Shown here one piece after another: positions 45,752-56,004 of a DNA stretch of 64,000 nucleotides. The stretch is from Alphaproteobacteria bacterium (GTDB lineage: Bacteria > Pseudomonadota > Alphaproteobacteria > UBA11136), in assembly GCA_016776635.1 (NCBI GenBank), contig JADHSZ010000001.1:35064-99063 (forward strand), read 5' to 3'. Positions within the stretch are counted from its first letter, which is position 1. Every line of letters starts with the position of its first letter. The position numbers and the translations under genes were made by a program. The notes beneath the pieces were generated by a model, which saw nothing but the letters and a program-made list of their open reading frames with translations, was not told the DNA's origin and did no database searches.

Positions 45752-47683
45752 ATGTGTGGAATTAGTGGGGAACTGGCGCTGGAGCCGGGCCGAACAGCAA
45801 GCTCCGTTGCCCTGGCCGCCATGACAGATTCGCTGGCCCACCGCGGCCCCGACGGCGAGGGGCATTTTATCGAGGGAGTCGTCGGGCTCGGTCACCGTCT
45901 GCTTGCTATCACTGATCCAACGCCCTCGGGTCACCAGCCCATGGCTGGGACCGGGGGGCGCTATCACCTGGTCTTCGACGGCGAGATATACAACGCGCCC
46001 GACCTGCGGCGTTCCCTGGAAAATGACGGCCACGCCTTCAAGGGGCAGAGCGATACCGAGGTACTGCTGCGCCTGTTCGAGACTCGGGGCGCAGACTGCC
46101 TGAACCATCTCAACGGTATGTTCGCCTTTGCCGTTTGGGACCGCGAGGCGCAAAGCCTCTTTCTGGCTCGCGATCCCTTCGGCATTAAGCCACTCTATTA
46201 CCGCAACGATGGAAAACGACTGCTGTTTGCCTCCGAGGTTAAAGCCATCCTCGCTGCTTTGGGGCGACACGCTGAGATCGATGCCCAAGCCCTGGACGAT
46301 TATGTGACCTTCCAGTATGCCCTTGACGGCAAGACCCTGTTCAAGAGTGTGTCCAAGCTGCTTCCTGGCTGCTGGATGCGTATCGACCGCTCGGGCAAGA
46401 TTGAGACCAGGCGATACTGGAAGCCCAGCTTCGTCGACCATGGAGTCAAAGAGCACGAGGCAGCGGAGATGCTGCGCTGCCTGTTGGAGGACTCGGTGCG
46501 CCTACGAACCCGTGGCGATGCGCCGATCGGTTTCCACTTGAGCGGCGGTATCGACTCCGCCTCTATTGCCGGCCTCGCTGCGCCCCTCATGGATAATCCT
46601 TTAAAGACCTTCACCGCCGGTTTTCGGGACGGTGAGGGATTTGACGACACCGGTTTTGCCGCTCTTTCGGCCGAGTTCTTTGGAACCCGGCATTTCGAGA
46701 CCTTCCCCACCCACCATGATTTCGAGAGGGATTTCACCCATCTCATCCGCCACCTGGACGAACCGGTGGCTGCGCCTGGCGCTTTCGCCCAGTTCGCGGT
46801 CGCCCGCTTGGCCGCGCCCCATGTCAAGGTCGTTCTCGGCGGGCAGGGGGCGGACGAGTTGATCGGCGGTTACGCGCGTTATTACCTGGCTGCGGTGACG
46901 GCGGCCGCGAAGGCGGAAGCGCATGGAGCGGGCCTGTCCGGGCTGCCCCTCGCCAGCCTGCTGGAGAATCTCGGCCAATTGGAGGCCTACCGCCCCTTGA
47001 TCGCCGAGGTCTGGCCGCAAGGGATGTGTGACTCTCCGGCCGATCTCTACCTGCGCTTGATCCGACGGGGCGAGTGTGTGCGCCGAACTCTCCATGGCGA
47101 CCTATGGTCCGGGCTGTCCGGTTACAGGGCGGAGCATCGCTACCGGGAGGTTTTCTGCGAACTCGAGGGCCTGGATCTTCTCAATCGCATTTTGCACTAC
47201 GAGACCACAGCGTCGCTGCCGGCCCTGTTACAGGTGGAGGATAGGGTGTCCATGGCTTGGTCGTTGGAGGCGCGGGTGCCGTTTCTTGATGTTCGCATCG
47301 CCGAATTGATGTTCTCGTTGCCGGCAAGCGTCAAGTTCAAGGATGGACGCCTAAAGTCGATTCTGCGCGGCGCTATGAAGGATGTAGTTCCGGCGCAAAT
47401 CCTTGGACGCTCCAACAAGGTGGGTTTCCCGGTGCCTTTGAGGGCGTGGTTTGACGGACCCTTGCGCGACTGGGTGCGCGATATGCTGCTCGGGGAGCGG
47501 ACACGGCAACGCGGGCTGTTCTCACAAGCCGAGGTGTGCCGGATGCTCGATGGGGAGGGGGCATTCGGCAGGGGCGTATGGGGGCTTGTCTGTCTGGAGA
47601 CGTGGTTCCGGCTGTGGGTCGACGGTGAGGGCCTTACCGCGCAGGTTCCCAGGCGCTTTGTCCCCGAAGTTGGGGCGGCGTGA
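45752..47683 (+). CDS. Asparagine synthase (glutamine-hydrolysing) family amidotransferase (AsnB/WbpS-like)
   Basis: Ntn-hydrolase N-terminus MCGISGE and synthetase PP-loop LSGGIDSASIAG, 643 aa. Confidence 0.85.
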   Translation: MCGISGELALEPGRTASSVALAAMTDSLAHRGPDGEGHFIEGVVGLGHRLLAITDPTPSGHQPMAGTGGRYHLVFDGEIYNAPDLRRSLENDGHAFKGQSDTEVLLRLFETRGADCLNHLNGMFAFAVWDREAQSLFLARDPFGIKPLYYRNDGKRLLFASEVKAILAALGRHAEIDAQALDDYVTFQYALDGKTLFKSVSKLLPGCWMRIDRSGKIETRRYWKPSFVDHGVKEHEAAEMLRCLLEDSVRLRTRGDAPIGFHLSGGIDSASIAGLAAPLMDNPLKTFTAGFRDGEGFDDTGFAALSAEFFGTRHFETFPTHHDFERDFTHLIRHLDEPVAAPGAFAQFAVARLAAPHVKVVLGGQGADELIGGYARYYLAAVTAAAKAEAHGAGLSGLPLASLLENLGQLEAYRPLIAEVWPQGMCDSPADLYLRLIRRGECVRRTLHGDLWSGLSGYRAEHRYREVFCELEGLDLLNRILHYETTASLPALLQVEDRVSMAWSLEARVPFLDVRIAELMFSLPASVKFKDGRLKSILRGAMKDVVPAQILGRSNKVGFPVPLRAWFDGPLRDWVRDMLLGERTRQRGLFSQAEVCRMLDGEGAFGRGVWGLVCLETWFRLWVDGEGLTAQVPRRFVPEVGAA

Positions 47684-47727
47684 GGAAGGTCTCCGACAGG
47701 GGCCAAATCCACGATGTTGCCGCAGCA

Positions 47728-48333
47728 TTACCCTGTTGTTTTGGTTGAAGCGCATGGAATCACGTATAAACAATTACTTATGTCATTTCTCGCGATCTGA
47801 CGTCCTATCTTCCGGTAAAACAAATTTGGCTTTTGATTAGATTTTAACACCTGTGCAAAACACGATGAGAATCCGCGCCGGTCTATTTCTTTAAGACATT
47901 TAAAAAAAGAAAAAAAACCTGCTTGAGACCCAATCGAAGTATCCGTATCCACCACCCAACTTAAAATTTCCGCCGATATATTGAGTTTCTTTATATCTCT
48001 GGGAATTAAAAAAACATTTTCTAACAGATGGGGAATGTCTCCTGGGTGAAGGAACGCCGACCCAACAATTCTAATCGATTTACGAAAATCCACCACCCTA
48101 CGTATTCGCTCCCGTGCTGCAGTCGAATTCGTGGTTGCCGAAATAAAGCCAGCCAGATTTCCATCTTCTGGGTTTTCATAAACAACGACGAAAAAATCGT
48201 CTTCTTTCCACAAATTTTCATATATTTTCTGTATGTGAATCAGGCCAAGGCGTCCATTAATGGTCCACTTCAATTCCTGGTAATGCAATTTGGAAATTGC
48301 AGGAATATCGTCAATATTTCCTAGGCGGACCAT
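47728..48333 (-). CDS. GNAT-family N-acetyltransferase-like protein (low-GC gene)
   Basis: 201 aa with a weak GNAT pattern (..VVVYENPEDGNLAGF.. and ..RRGFSSCF..). GC is near 40% against a backbone of about 65%. Confidence 0.45.
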   Translation of the reverse strand: MVRLGNIDDIPAISKLHYQELKWTINGRLGLIHIQKIYENLWKEDDFFVVVYENPEDGNLAGFISATTNSTAARERIRRVVDFRKSIRIVGSAFLHPGDIPHLLENVFLIPRDIKKLNISAEILSWVVDTDTSIGSQAGFFSFFKCLKEIDRRGFSSCFAQVLKSNQKPNLFYRKIGRQIARNDISNCLYVIPCASTKTTG

Positions 48334-48438
48334 TTTGGAGTCTCAATGACTGTTTGTTTGAGTGGTGGGAGATTACATTTTACGATTATCGGTAGATGGC
48401 AGTCACTCCCATTCCATAATCCGTTCATACAATGAGAA

Positions 48439-50289
48439 ATGATGTCCGCTGACGAGAGAATTGCGAGGGTTATTGTCCACGCCGATGACCTTGGGTTGTC
48501 GCTGGGATTTAACGCGGGAATTTTACGGGCCGCAACTCAGGGAATTATGACCAGCACATGCCTTCGCGTGAATGGTTGCGCATATCGCGAGGCCATCGAT
48601 GATGTGTTGCCCCGTATTCCTCACATTGGGGTCGGACTTCATTTAAATATTGTTGAAGGATTTACGCGACGGCAATTGCACGGGCGGGAGACAGTGCTTT
48701 GTGATGCCGATGGGCGTTTCAAACTCACCTTTGTCCAACTCTACCTTGCCCGGAAAAACCCAGCGCTGCTGAAGGAAATCGAAGATGATTACCGTAATCA
48801 AATCGAAATTGCTTTGGCCGACATGGAAAGCCTCGACCATCTAAATTCCCACCAACATTCACATGTCATCCCGCAAATCTTCGAGATATGTTGTCGTCTT
48901 GCAAAAGAGTACGGCATACCATTTGTCCGCCTGCCCGCCGAGCGGTTTTACCTGACTGGTGGATTGGCGGAACATTTACGGTCGTGGTTTGCCTTAAACG
49001 TGATCAAACATATGGTCGTAAACGGCTTTGCAAGGACCAACCGGAGGACAGCTCGACGTTACGACGTAGCCACCAACGATACTTTCGTGGGTGTTCTGTA
49101 TACAGGACACATGAATCCGAAGACCGTAATCGAAGGGATTAAGGCGGCGCAACCATGCGGCCCGGTTGTCGAGGTGCTTATTCATCCCGCCACAGCAACG
49201 GGCCTGAAGTCAGAGGAATTTATCGACAGCGAGTTTCGCGATTATATTATTCGCGCGGAGTGCAGGACAGAACTGAGCACCTCGACGGATTCACAGCTGG
49301 GCGTAACTCTGGCCGAGCGCTACAAGCTGACCAACTATCGAGCCCTCGCCCATTCCTCCGGCAATACGGAAAACAACAACCAAACAAAACAAACTGACTT
49401 CGGCACGGCTCAGGTGGGCTCGCCCCCAGACGCCCTTGCCAACAGCCGGAAACCGCTCAGAACTTTCGTAATCATCGATGAGACACCATTTTATCATCCG
49501 GAATATCTGCGTCGCTTGATCGAAGAGTGCGAGGATGCGGAAATCATTGGGGCGGCTATTGTCGTGCTGCCACGGGGCCGTTCTTTACAAGAATATCTCC
49601 TCAAAAACTGGCGGTTGCTTGGATTATCCGAGCTGTTCCAGCTTGCACTCAAGAAAACCGGGCTTCAATTGTTGGGTGTGGCGCCCCGGTTCGTTCGTGG
49701 CCGTTTTGAATCCTCCGTAAGACGGGTGTGTGCATCGCATGGGGTGCCCACGGTTGAGGTGTCGTCCGTGAACGACGACAAGTTTCTCTCGTACATTCGC
49801 GATATCGCGCCCGATATCATTCTATCTTCCAACTCGCTCGTCTTCAGAAAGGAGCTGTTGGGCGTTCCCCGGTTCGGTTGTATCAACCGCCATTCGTCAC
49901 CCCTGCCTGCTTACGGCGGTATTCTTCCCGTGTTCAGGTCGATTCAGCATGGTGAACGTTTCGTGGCCGTTGCCGTACACAGAATGGTGGAGGGCATTGA
50001 CGAGGGGGAAGTGCTTTCACGAAAGTGGCTGCCGGTGTTCCCTGGTGACACGTTGGAGTTTCTTTACCGCAAATGCTTCATTTTGAGTTTCGATGCAACA
50101 GTGGAAGCGATTTGTATGATTCGAAATAACCCGAATTGCTCTGGCATCGGCAACGAAGGAATCAGGGCCAGTTATTTTTCTTTCCCGACGGAAAAAGATT
50201 GGGCGGAATTTCGCCACAACGGCGGTCGATTCATCTCAGCAGAAAAAGATTTGTTGGGATTTCGTCACAACGGCGGCCACTTCTTCTGA
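48439..50289 (+). CDS. Two-domain fusion: N-terminal YdjC/ChbG-family carbohydrate deacetylase, C-terminal formyltransferase (Fmt/ArnA-N-like) domain, with a C-terminal FRHNGG tandem repeat
   Basis: N-terminus RVIVHADDLGLSLGFNAGIL (YdjC signature). C-terminus INRHSSPLPAYGGILP, compare N(I/L)HxSLLPxYRG of formyltransferases. The final 28 aa are AEFRHNGGRFISAEKDLLGFRHNGGHFF. Confidence 0.65.
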   Translation: MMSADERIARVIVHADDLGLSLGFNAGILRAATQGIMTSTCLRVNGCAYREAIDDVLPRIPHIGVGLHLNIVEGFTRRQLHGRETVLCDADGRFKLTFVQLYLARKNPALLKEIEDDYRNQIEIALADMESLDHLNSHQHSHVIPQIFEICCRLAKEYGIPFVRLPAERFYLTGGLAEHLRSWFALNVIKHMVVNGFARTNRRTARRYDVATNDTFVGVLYTGHMNPKTVIEGIKAAQPCGPVVEVLIHPATATGLKSEEFIDSEFRDYIIRAECRTELSTSTDSQLGVTLAERYKLTNYRALAHSSGNTENNNQTKQTDFGTAQVGSPPDALANSRKPLRTFVIIDETPFYHPEYLRRLIEECEDAEIIGAAIVVLPRGRSLQEYLLKNWRLLGLSELFQLALKKTGLQLLGVAPRFVRGRFESSVRRVCASHGVPTVEVSSVNDDKFLSYIRDIAPDIILSSNSLVFRKELLGVPRFGCINRHSSPLPAYGGILPVFRSIQHGERFVAVAVHRMVEGIDEGEVLSRKWLPVFPGDTLEFLYRKCFILSFDATVEAICMIRNNPNCSGIGNEGIRASYFSFPTEKDWAEFRHNGGRFISAEKDLLGFRHNGGHFF

Positions 50290-50478
50290 AGATTCTCCGG
50301 GGACTCGACCGGAACACGGGCCTTACATGGGGATACCTTTGCCTTCGAACTGGCTTCTGACTTTGCCAAAGTTTCTGGTAAGATGGCTCATCTCGTCGAA
50401 GCTTTATAGATAGCTCGGGCATATTAATTCTTTGTTTGCCACGGGATTTTCCAACTTAAAAGATGCAGGGGTTAAAAG

Positions 50479-51420
50479 ATGTCACGGGACGAGATACAGC
50501 TGATCAGCCTTATCTGCCCGGTTTACAACGAAGAAGCAGCGATTCCGATCTTTCTCAAACGCTTGCGCGAGTCTATCAAGCCTTTGAGAGACCGCTATGA
50601 TTTCGAACTAATTTTCACAAATGACGGCTCCACCGACCGCACGATGGAGTTGATCAAGGCAGAATGCGCCCACGACAAGATGGTGCAGCTTGTCACATTT
50701 TCCCGCAATTTCGGTTATCAAGCCTCGGTCTTATCGGGGCTGCAGCACGCTGCTGGCGAGGCAATGATAGTAATCGCTGTGGACTGCGAGGATCCTCCTG
50801 AACTGATCCCACGTTTCATCGAGGGTTGGGAACAAGGCCACGACATCGTTTATGGTCGCCGGGGCCCCCGGCCGGAGCCATGGTTGATCCAGCTCTGCCG
50901 CAAGGTGTTCTATCGGCTTATCCATCGTATCGCAGACAGCGACTTCGTTCCTTATATGGGCGAATTTGCATTGTTCACACGCAGGGTACGCGACGTGGTT
51001 CTCTCTAATAGGTCTACCTTTATGTTCATCCGTTCGGAAATTGCCTTCGCGGGGTTCTCTCGACTGGCGATATCGTATGCGCCACAGCCGCGGGTCGGCG
51101 GGAGAAGCCATTACAACATATGGGGAATGACCAAGTTCGCCATTGGCAATATTCTCACTTCCTCCACATTTCCTCTACGGTTGGCAGCCTATTTGGGAGT
51201 GCCGCTTTTATTTCTCAACTGGCTGGTGCCGGTTATCGGAGTGCTGACTGGTGAAAACCCCTTGCCGGTTTGGCTGATTGCCCTGGATTTGAACTTCCTG
51301 GTCCTGGCGGCAATTTTTGTGGCTGTATATGTGGCGCGCATCTACAAGGACGGCATGGACAAACCTAAGTTCATCATCGACTGGGATAATACCGAGCTAC
51401 ATGCTCGAAATAAGAAATAA
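50479..51420 (+). CDS. GT2 polyprenol-phosphate glycosyltransferase (GtrB/ArnC-like, two C-terminal TM helices)
   Basis: ISLICPVYNEEAAIP..TNDGSTDRT..VDCEDPPE (DxD-like). The C-terminal hydrophobic hairpin matches GtrB/ArnC topology. Confidence 0.75.
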   Translation: MSRDEIQLISLICPVYNEEAAIPIFLKRLRESIKPLRDRYDFELIFTNDGSTDRTMELIKAECAHDKMVQLVTFSRNFGYQASVLSGLQHAAGEAMIVIAVDCEDPPELIPRFIEGWEQGHDIVYGRRGPRPEPWLIQLCRKVFYRLIHRIADSDFVPYMGEFALFTRRVRDVVLSNRSTFMFIRSEIAFAGFSRLAISYAPQPRVGGRSHYNIWGMTKFAIGNILTSSTFPLRLAAYLGVPLLFLNWLVPVIGVLTGENPLPVWLIALDLNFLVLAAIFVAVYVARIYKDGMDKPKFIIDWDNTELHARNKK

Positions 51421-51445
51421 GCAGATAACCTGAGGCGCAGCTTCA

Positions 51446-52723
51446 TTGATGGTCAACAAATGCGATAACACTGAGTGTAAGCTGTGCGGCAGCACGGCTT
51501 TAACCCTTGTCATGGACTTTGGAGAGGTTGCACTGGCAGGGGGGTTCTTGAAGCCGGAAGATTTCCCGCAAGAGCAACTCTACCGGCTGCGGCTGTGCTT
51601 TTGCAGAGAGTGTTACCTGTTGCAAATCGTCGATGTCGTGCCGTCTGAAATTTTGTTCAAGAACTATTTCTATTTTTCATCCGCGATTGCGATGTTGCGG
51701 GACCACTTTGCCGATTACGCTACCGAAGTGACCTCCCGATTCCTGACGCCGGAAAATGCAACCGTGGTTGAGATAGGTTGCAACGACGGCGTGCTTCTTA
51801 AGCCGCTTGCTGAAAAAAATATTCAGACTCTTATTGGCATCGATCCGGCCACAAACATCGTCGAGTCTATCGATGACGCGGGAATCAATATTGTTAACGA
51901 TTTCTTCTGTGAAAAAGTCGCGGAAGAAATTCTTCAGGAATACGGTCCAGCACATTTAATTTGTGCGAACAACGTCTGTGCGCACAGCGTTGATTTTAAG
52001 AATATAACTAAAGGAATTTACAAGCTGTTGGACGAAGATGGAGTGTTTGTCTTCGAAGTTCATTATCTTGGAAAACTAATTGAAGAAATACAGTATGATA
52101 TGATTTACCATGAACATATTTATTATTATTCTATTCTTTCTCTGTCGAACCATTTTGACCGGTACGACATGGAAATATTTGACATAAAGCCAATTCCTAT
52201 CCACGCCGGATCAATGCGCTATTACGTACGCAAAAAGGGCCGGCTGCAGACCGAAGAGGTATCCGAGCGCGCCGTAAATCTGTTTGCCGAGGAAAAAGAG
52301 AAGGGCTACGACCGGGAAGAAACCTTCCTTAATTATGCGGCAAGGATATCGGCATCGAAACACCAGTTGATGACTCTTCTCGATCAGTTTACAGGGCAAG
52401 GAAAATCCGTGGCCGGCTATGGTGCTTCCGGTCGGGCCAATACGATTATCCAGTATTGTGGCATCGACCACCGCCACCTTGACTATATAATCGATGATGC
52501 GCCGGCCAAGTGGGGGTATTACACGCCGGGTGAGCATTTCGAGATTCGTTCGCGTCAAGTGTTGGAGGAGCAGGCACCGGACTATCTGTTGATCTTCGCC
52601 TGGAGTTATCTCGACACGGTTACCGAACATTGCCGTGATTTCATGTCCAACGGCGGGAGTATGATCGTGCCTCTGCCAGACGTCAGGGTTATATCTCACC
52701 CGGACGCCAATAGCGCCTTGTAG
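51446..52723 (+). CDS. Sugar C-methyltransferase (zinc-ribbon Methyltransf_13 N-terminus + class I MTase + C-methyltransferase C-terminal domain; TylCIII-like) #1
   Basis: CKLCGS..CRECYLLQ zinc ribbon, motif I VVEIGCNDG, and a C-terminal YGASGRANTIIQYCGI.. region typical of NDP-hexose 3-C-methyltransferases. Confidence 0.7.
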   Translation: MMVNKCDNTECKLCGSTALTLVMDFGEVALAGGFLKPEDFPQEQLYRLRLCFCRECYLLQIVDVVPSEILFKNYFYFSSAIAMLRDHFADYATEVTSRFLTPENATVVEIGCNDGVLLKPLAEKNIQTLIGIDPATNIVESIDDAGINIVNDFFCEKVAEEILQEYGPAHLICANNVCAHSVDFKNITKGIYKLLDEDGVFVFEVHYLGKLIEEIQYDMIYHEHIYYYSILSLSNHFDRYDMEIFDIKPIPIHAGSMRYYVRKKGRLQTEEVSERAVNLFAEEKEKGYDREETFLNYAARISASKHQLMTLLDQFTGQGKSVAGYGASGRANTIIQYCGIDHRHLDYIIDDAPAKWGYYTPGEHFEIRSRQVLEEQAPDYLLIFAWSYLDTVTEHCRDFMSNGGSMIVPLPDVRVISHPDANSAL

Positions 52724-52784
52724 CATACCGGCTCAGGATGACGGACGTGTCTTTAATCATCGCCACAATAGTACTCCGGTAGTC

Positions 52785-53675
52785 ATGGCGCGGATACTGG
52801 TCCTTGGCAGTACGGGGATGCTCGGATCGGCGGTGCTGGCGGTTTTGCGGGATGCTGGCCTTGATGTCGCCGGGGCGCAGCGACGGCCCCAGGCGGGCGG
52901 CTATACCTTCGACGCCGGCCAACCCGAAACTATGGATTGGCTGAAACAACCAGAGCTTGGAATTGACACCATTATTAACTGCGTTGGCGTGGGCAGACTC
53001 GGTAACAAGTCAAGCCGCGCGGATGCCGAACTGTCCACGGTCAACGCTGTTTTCCCTCGTCTGCTTCAGGAGGCCACCGCCGATAGTGGTGCGCGCGTCA
53101 TTCACATGTCCTCGGATGGTGTATTTGCCGGTCGTTCGGCGCCTTATTATGAAGATACGCCCGCGGATGCTCATGATGCCTATGGTCAGTCGAAACGGTT
53201 GGGGGAAATTGAAGCACCAAATTTCCTGTCGGTGCGTTGTTCAATCATCGGCTCGGACCCGGACAGGCGTGGCTATCTGCTGGACTGGTTCCTGTCGCAC
53301 GAACGTGGTGCGACCGTCACGGGGTTTATCGATCATATTTGGGACGGTGTGACCACGCTCCAGTTCGCCAGGCTATGCCGCGAGATTATTGAGAAGGATC
53401 GCTTCATGGCAATCCGGGAGAGGACTCCGGTGCTGCATTTCTCACCCAATCAACCGGTTTCAAAATACGATCTTTTGTGTTTGTTCGACCGGGTCTTCGC
53501 CAGCGGCATCCGGGTCGTGCCTGGTGAATCAGAGCGCCCGGTGACACGCATCCTCGAATCCTATTACCGTGATTTACTGCGTTGTTGCGGTATGCGCCAA
53601 CCACTGGAAGAGGCGATCCGCGAGCTTCGGGATTTCATGGATTCGCGCGTCCCCCATCCAGGGGCCACACGGTAG
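52785..53675 (+). CDS. NAD(P)-dependent sugar reductase/epimerase, dTDP-4-dehydrorhamnose reductase (RmlD)-like
   Basis: Rossmann motif ILVLGSTGMLGSAV and catalytic YGQSKRLGE (YxxxK), 296 aa. Confidence 0.7.
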   Translation: MARILVLGSTGMLGSAVLAVLRDAGLDVAGAQRRPQAGGYTFDAGQPETMDWLKQPELGIDTIINCVGVGRLGNKSSRADAELSTVNAVFPRLLQEATADSGARVIHMSSDGVFAGRSAPYYEDTPADAHDAYGQSKRLGEIEAPNFLSVRCSIIGSDPDRRGYLLDWFLSHERGATVTGFIDHIWDGVTTLQFARLCREIIEKDRFMAIRERTPVLHFSPNQPVSKYDLLCLFDRVFASGIRVVPGESERPVTRILESYYRDLLRCCGMRQPLEEAIRELRDFMDSRVPHPGATR

Positions 53676-53678
53676 AGG

Positions 53679-55694
53679 TTATGGCGTCTTCAGCGCGCGG
53701 GTTATTGCCCGGCGAAGCAGTTGGAGCACTGTGTACACCGCCGCGCAGGTGGCCATGATAATGAGCGGTTGTACTCCCGGTTCGTACCTTAAGCTCATAC
53801 CATTTGCCAACGACAATCCCGCCACCATTGATAATACCGACAGAGCCATCACCACAAAGAAAATTCTTTGGCGGGAAAAGAACAGAGCCCACCACGACAG
53901 CAAGGCGACCGCACCAACGGCATTTCTAAGAAAATTTCGCACCGTGGTCTGCATATTGTGAAGAATTTTCTCAAATAGTGGCGGGCGGCCAGCAAAATAA
54001 TCCCATTTGTATTCAGCAGGCATATTGGCTGGCAGCAAGCTGGCACATCCGGAACCATTAAACGTTGAGCGAAGGGCATAAGACGGAAATGAAGACAGTG
54101 GACCAAATATTCGGTGGGTTTCGAAAGGTATGGAGCCTGTTAACATCCTCAACGTTACGAGCGAGTCTATTCCAAAATAATTTAAGGCAGTGTGTGCAAA
54201 GACTATAAAGATATCCGGATTCCTGGCGATGGCTTCCATGGCCACGTCCCGCATCAATTTGTCTGCTTGCGAAATTCCTATTTTATTGTCCAACTCTCGC
54301 CACACATGGTCAAAGTATGTCATGTTCGGGCTCTGGAAGAAATTACGCGCTAGGTCTTTAGGGCGCCCATCAAACTGCCCAAATAACAGGTCATAAACGG
54401 TCACCACTTTGTCCGTCCCGGCGTCGTCGAAATGGGCTACTCCCGCCTCGCGGTTCGAGACCTCCATAGATAGAAGGGGCTCAAGTGCGCGATAGGGTTG
54501 TGGGTCTGAATATATCTCCACGAGTAACTCATGGAACCGGCGGCTCGCGGGTCCGTTGTCTGGCTGTATCAGCGATATCTGCGGTTTCTTCTCCTGAGAA
54601 GTTCCTAAAATATTGCGATACGCGAATAGTCGGCCTGTTCGTACGTAATAGGGCTGCAGGAATAATTGCCGCCCACTCCAGTTATTCAGGCCGCCGAACA
54701 GGCTAAGATCATTCAGGTGTACACTGCGTGCACCGGAATAGGTCGCGAACATGCCGAGAACGAGGGCCAGAGAAAAGATGAAATGCAGCCCCTGGCCTTT
54801 TTCTCCCCATAGCAGTTTTTCCCGCCTCATCAGCAGGAGGATGCCACCTCCCAGAATAAAGGGAAGCAACAGCGCCTCGCCTCGCGTCATAGCTGCGAAG
54901 AAGCTGAAGAGTATCGTCAAATAGATGAACTTATGTTGTTTCGTGAAAAAATAACGCGAGAAGAAATATATGCTGCACACCACGAGAAACATGAAGAACT
55001 GTTGGGGAAGCATTGCCTTTACATAAGCGAAGGGAAGCGACGAGACGATTAAAAGCCCGGCTGCTGACAATCCAAGAATCCTGTTGATAGGAGAGAGCGC
55101 GCGATAGGCCATAAGTGGACTTAAAATTCCGATAATGGCGTGGGCAAACACTGTTCCGGCAAAGGTGTTGAAAAAAGTTTGACCTGTCAGGACGAGGAAT
55201 ACGGGGAATCCCGGCCCCCTCTGATATGAATAAGCCCCAGGCTGTCCCGATAAGGACTCTGCATAATTAAAAAACGTCAAAGCGTCGCATTCGAAGACGC
55301 CCCGGAGAGCGACCAGGTGGAAAGCTTGGAATAAAATCGCCGTAGTCAGCAGAATTTTCTGGTCGCGACGGTTGAAAGAATTCGCTGCAGAGGGCGAGGC
55401 GAAATAGGCCTGGAGCCGTTGGGACTTATCAGCCACCCAAGGCCAGCCGTTTATCAGCCGCATGATATTCTTCCGAGCCAGCATCAGCCCGGCCAGTCCT
55501 GAGAAAATGCCCAGAGAGAAGATTTCTGAGCGCGACAAGTCGGCCAGGCGGTAAAAAAGAAACTCCTCTTTCAAGCCAAGCCCAAGATAAGGGGCCGCAA
55601 CGGCGGCGAGAATGGCGCCGCATCCGAAGACAAGAAATAGAAAGGAGAAAACAGGGATAATCCTGTGCGGCCTGGGAAAATAATTCATGATCAA
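53679..55694 (-). CDS. Large polytopic membrane protein, putative GT-C-fold glycosyltransferase (ArnT/PMT/Gtr-like)
   Basis: 671 aa with at least 11 hydrophobic segments and loops. It is surrounded by polyprenol-phosphate GT2 genes. The family assignment is by architecture and context only. Confidence 0.4.
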   Translation of the reverse strand: MIMNYFPRPHRIIPVFSFLFLVFGCGAILAAVAAPYLGLGLKEEFLFYRLADLSRSEIFSLGIFSGLAGLMLARKNIMRLINGWPWVADKSQRLQAYFASPSAANSFNRRDQKILLTTAILFQAFHLVALRGVFECDALTFFNYAESLSGQPGAYSYQRGPGFPVFLVLTGQTFFNTFAGTVFAHAIIGILSPLMAYRALSPINRILGLSAAGLLIVSSLPFAYVKAMLPQQFFMFLVVCSIYFFSRYFFTKQHKFIYLTILFSFFAAMTRGEALLLPFILGGGILLLMRREKLLWGEKGQGLHFIFSLALVLGMFATYSGARSVHLNDLSLFGGLNNWSGRQLFLQPYYVRTGRLFAYRNILGTSQEKKPQISLIQPDNGPASRRFHELLVEIYSDPQPYRALEPLLSMEVSNREAGVAHFDDAGTDKVVTVYDLLFGQFDGRPKDLARNFFQSPNMTYFDHVWRELDNKIGISQADKLMRDVAMEAIARNPDIFIVFAHTALNYFGIDSLVTLRMLTGSIPFETHRIFGPLSSFPSYALRSTFNGSGCASLLPANMPAEYKWDYFAGRPPLFEKILHNMQTTVRNFLRNAVGAVALLSWWALFFSRQRIFFVVMALSVLSMVAGLSLANGMSLRYEPGVQPLIIMATCAAVYTVLQLLRRAITRALKTP

Positions 55695-56004
55695 AAATCC
55701 GATGGCGGATTGTCCCTAATGTCCTATGGCCGTCAACTTATACTATGGGGCGCCTCTAAAAAATATCTATCGCCCAGTCTTGATCGGGTGGAATCATGCT
55801 ATTATGGCGCTCATGGCACTTTGATCAGAGGTTGAGGGATATGGGCCAACCGGCACCTGCGGGTGTGATTGAGGCGTTGTTGGAAAACTTTGACGGCTAC
55901 CTTGAAAAATAAGGCTATCTGGCGATGAGTGGATAGATTATAGACACATCGATTGTCGCGGTTTCTAGACAGTATAACAGCCGTTAACTAGGTTAAGTTC
56001 TGCA

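Noticed and set aside
45749-46456. 235-aa minus-strand ORF overlapping the asnB 5' end
   Set aside because: Antisense to the AsnB Ntn-hydrolase domain, which has a clear MCGI start. No motifs.
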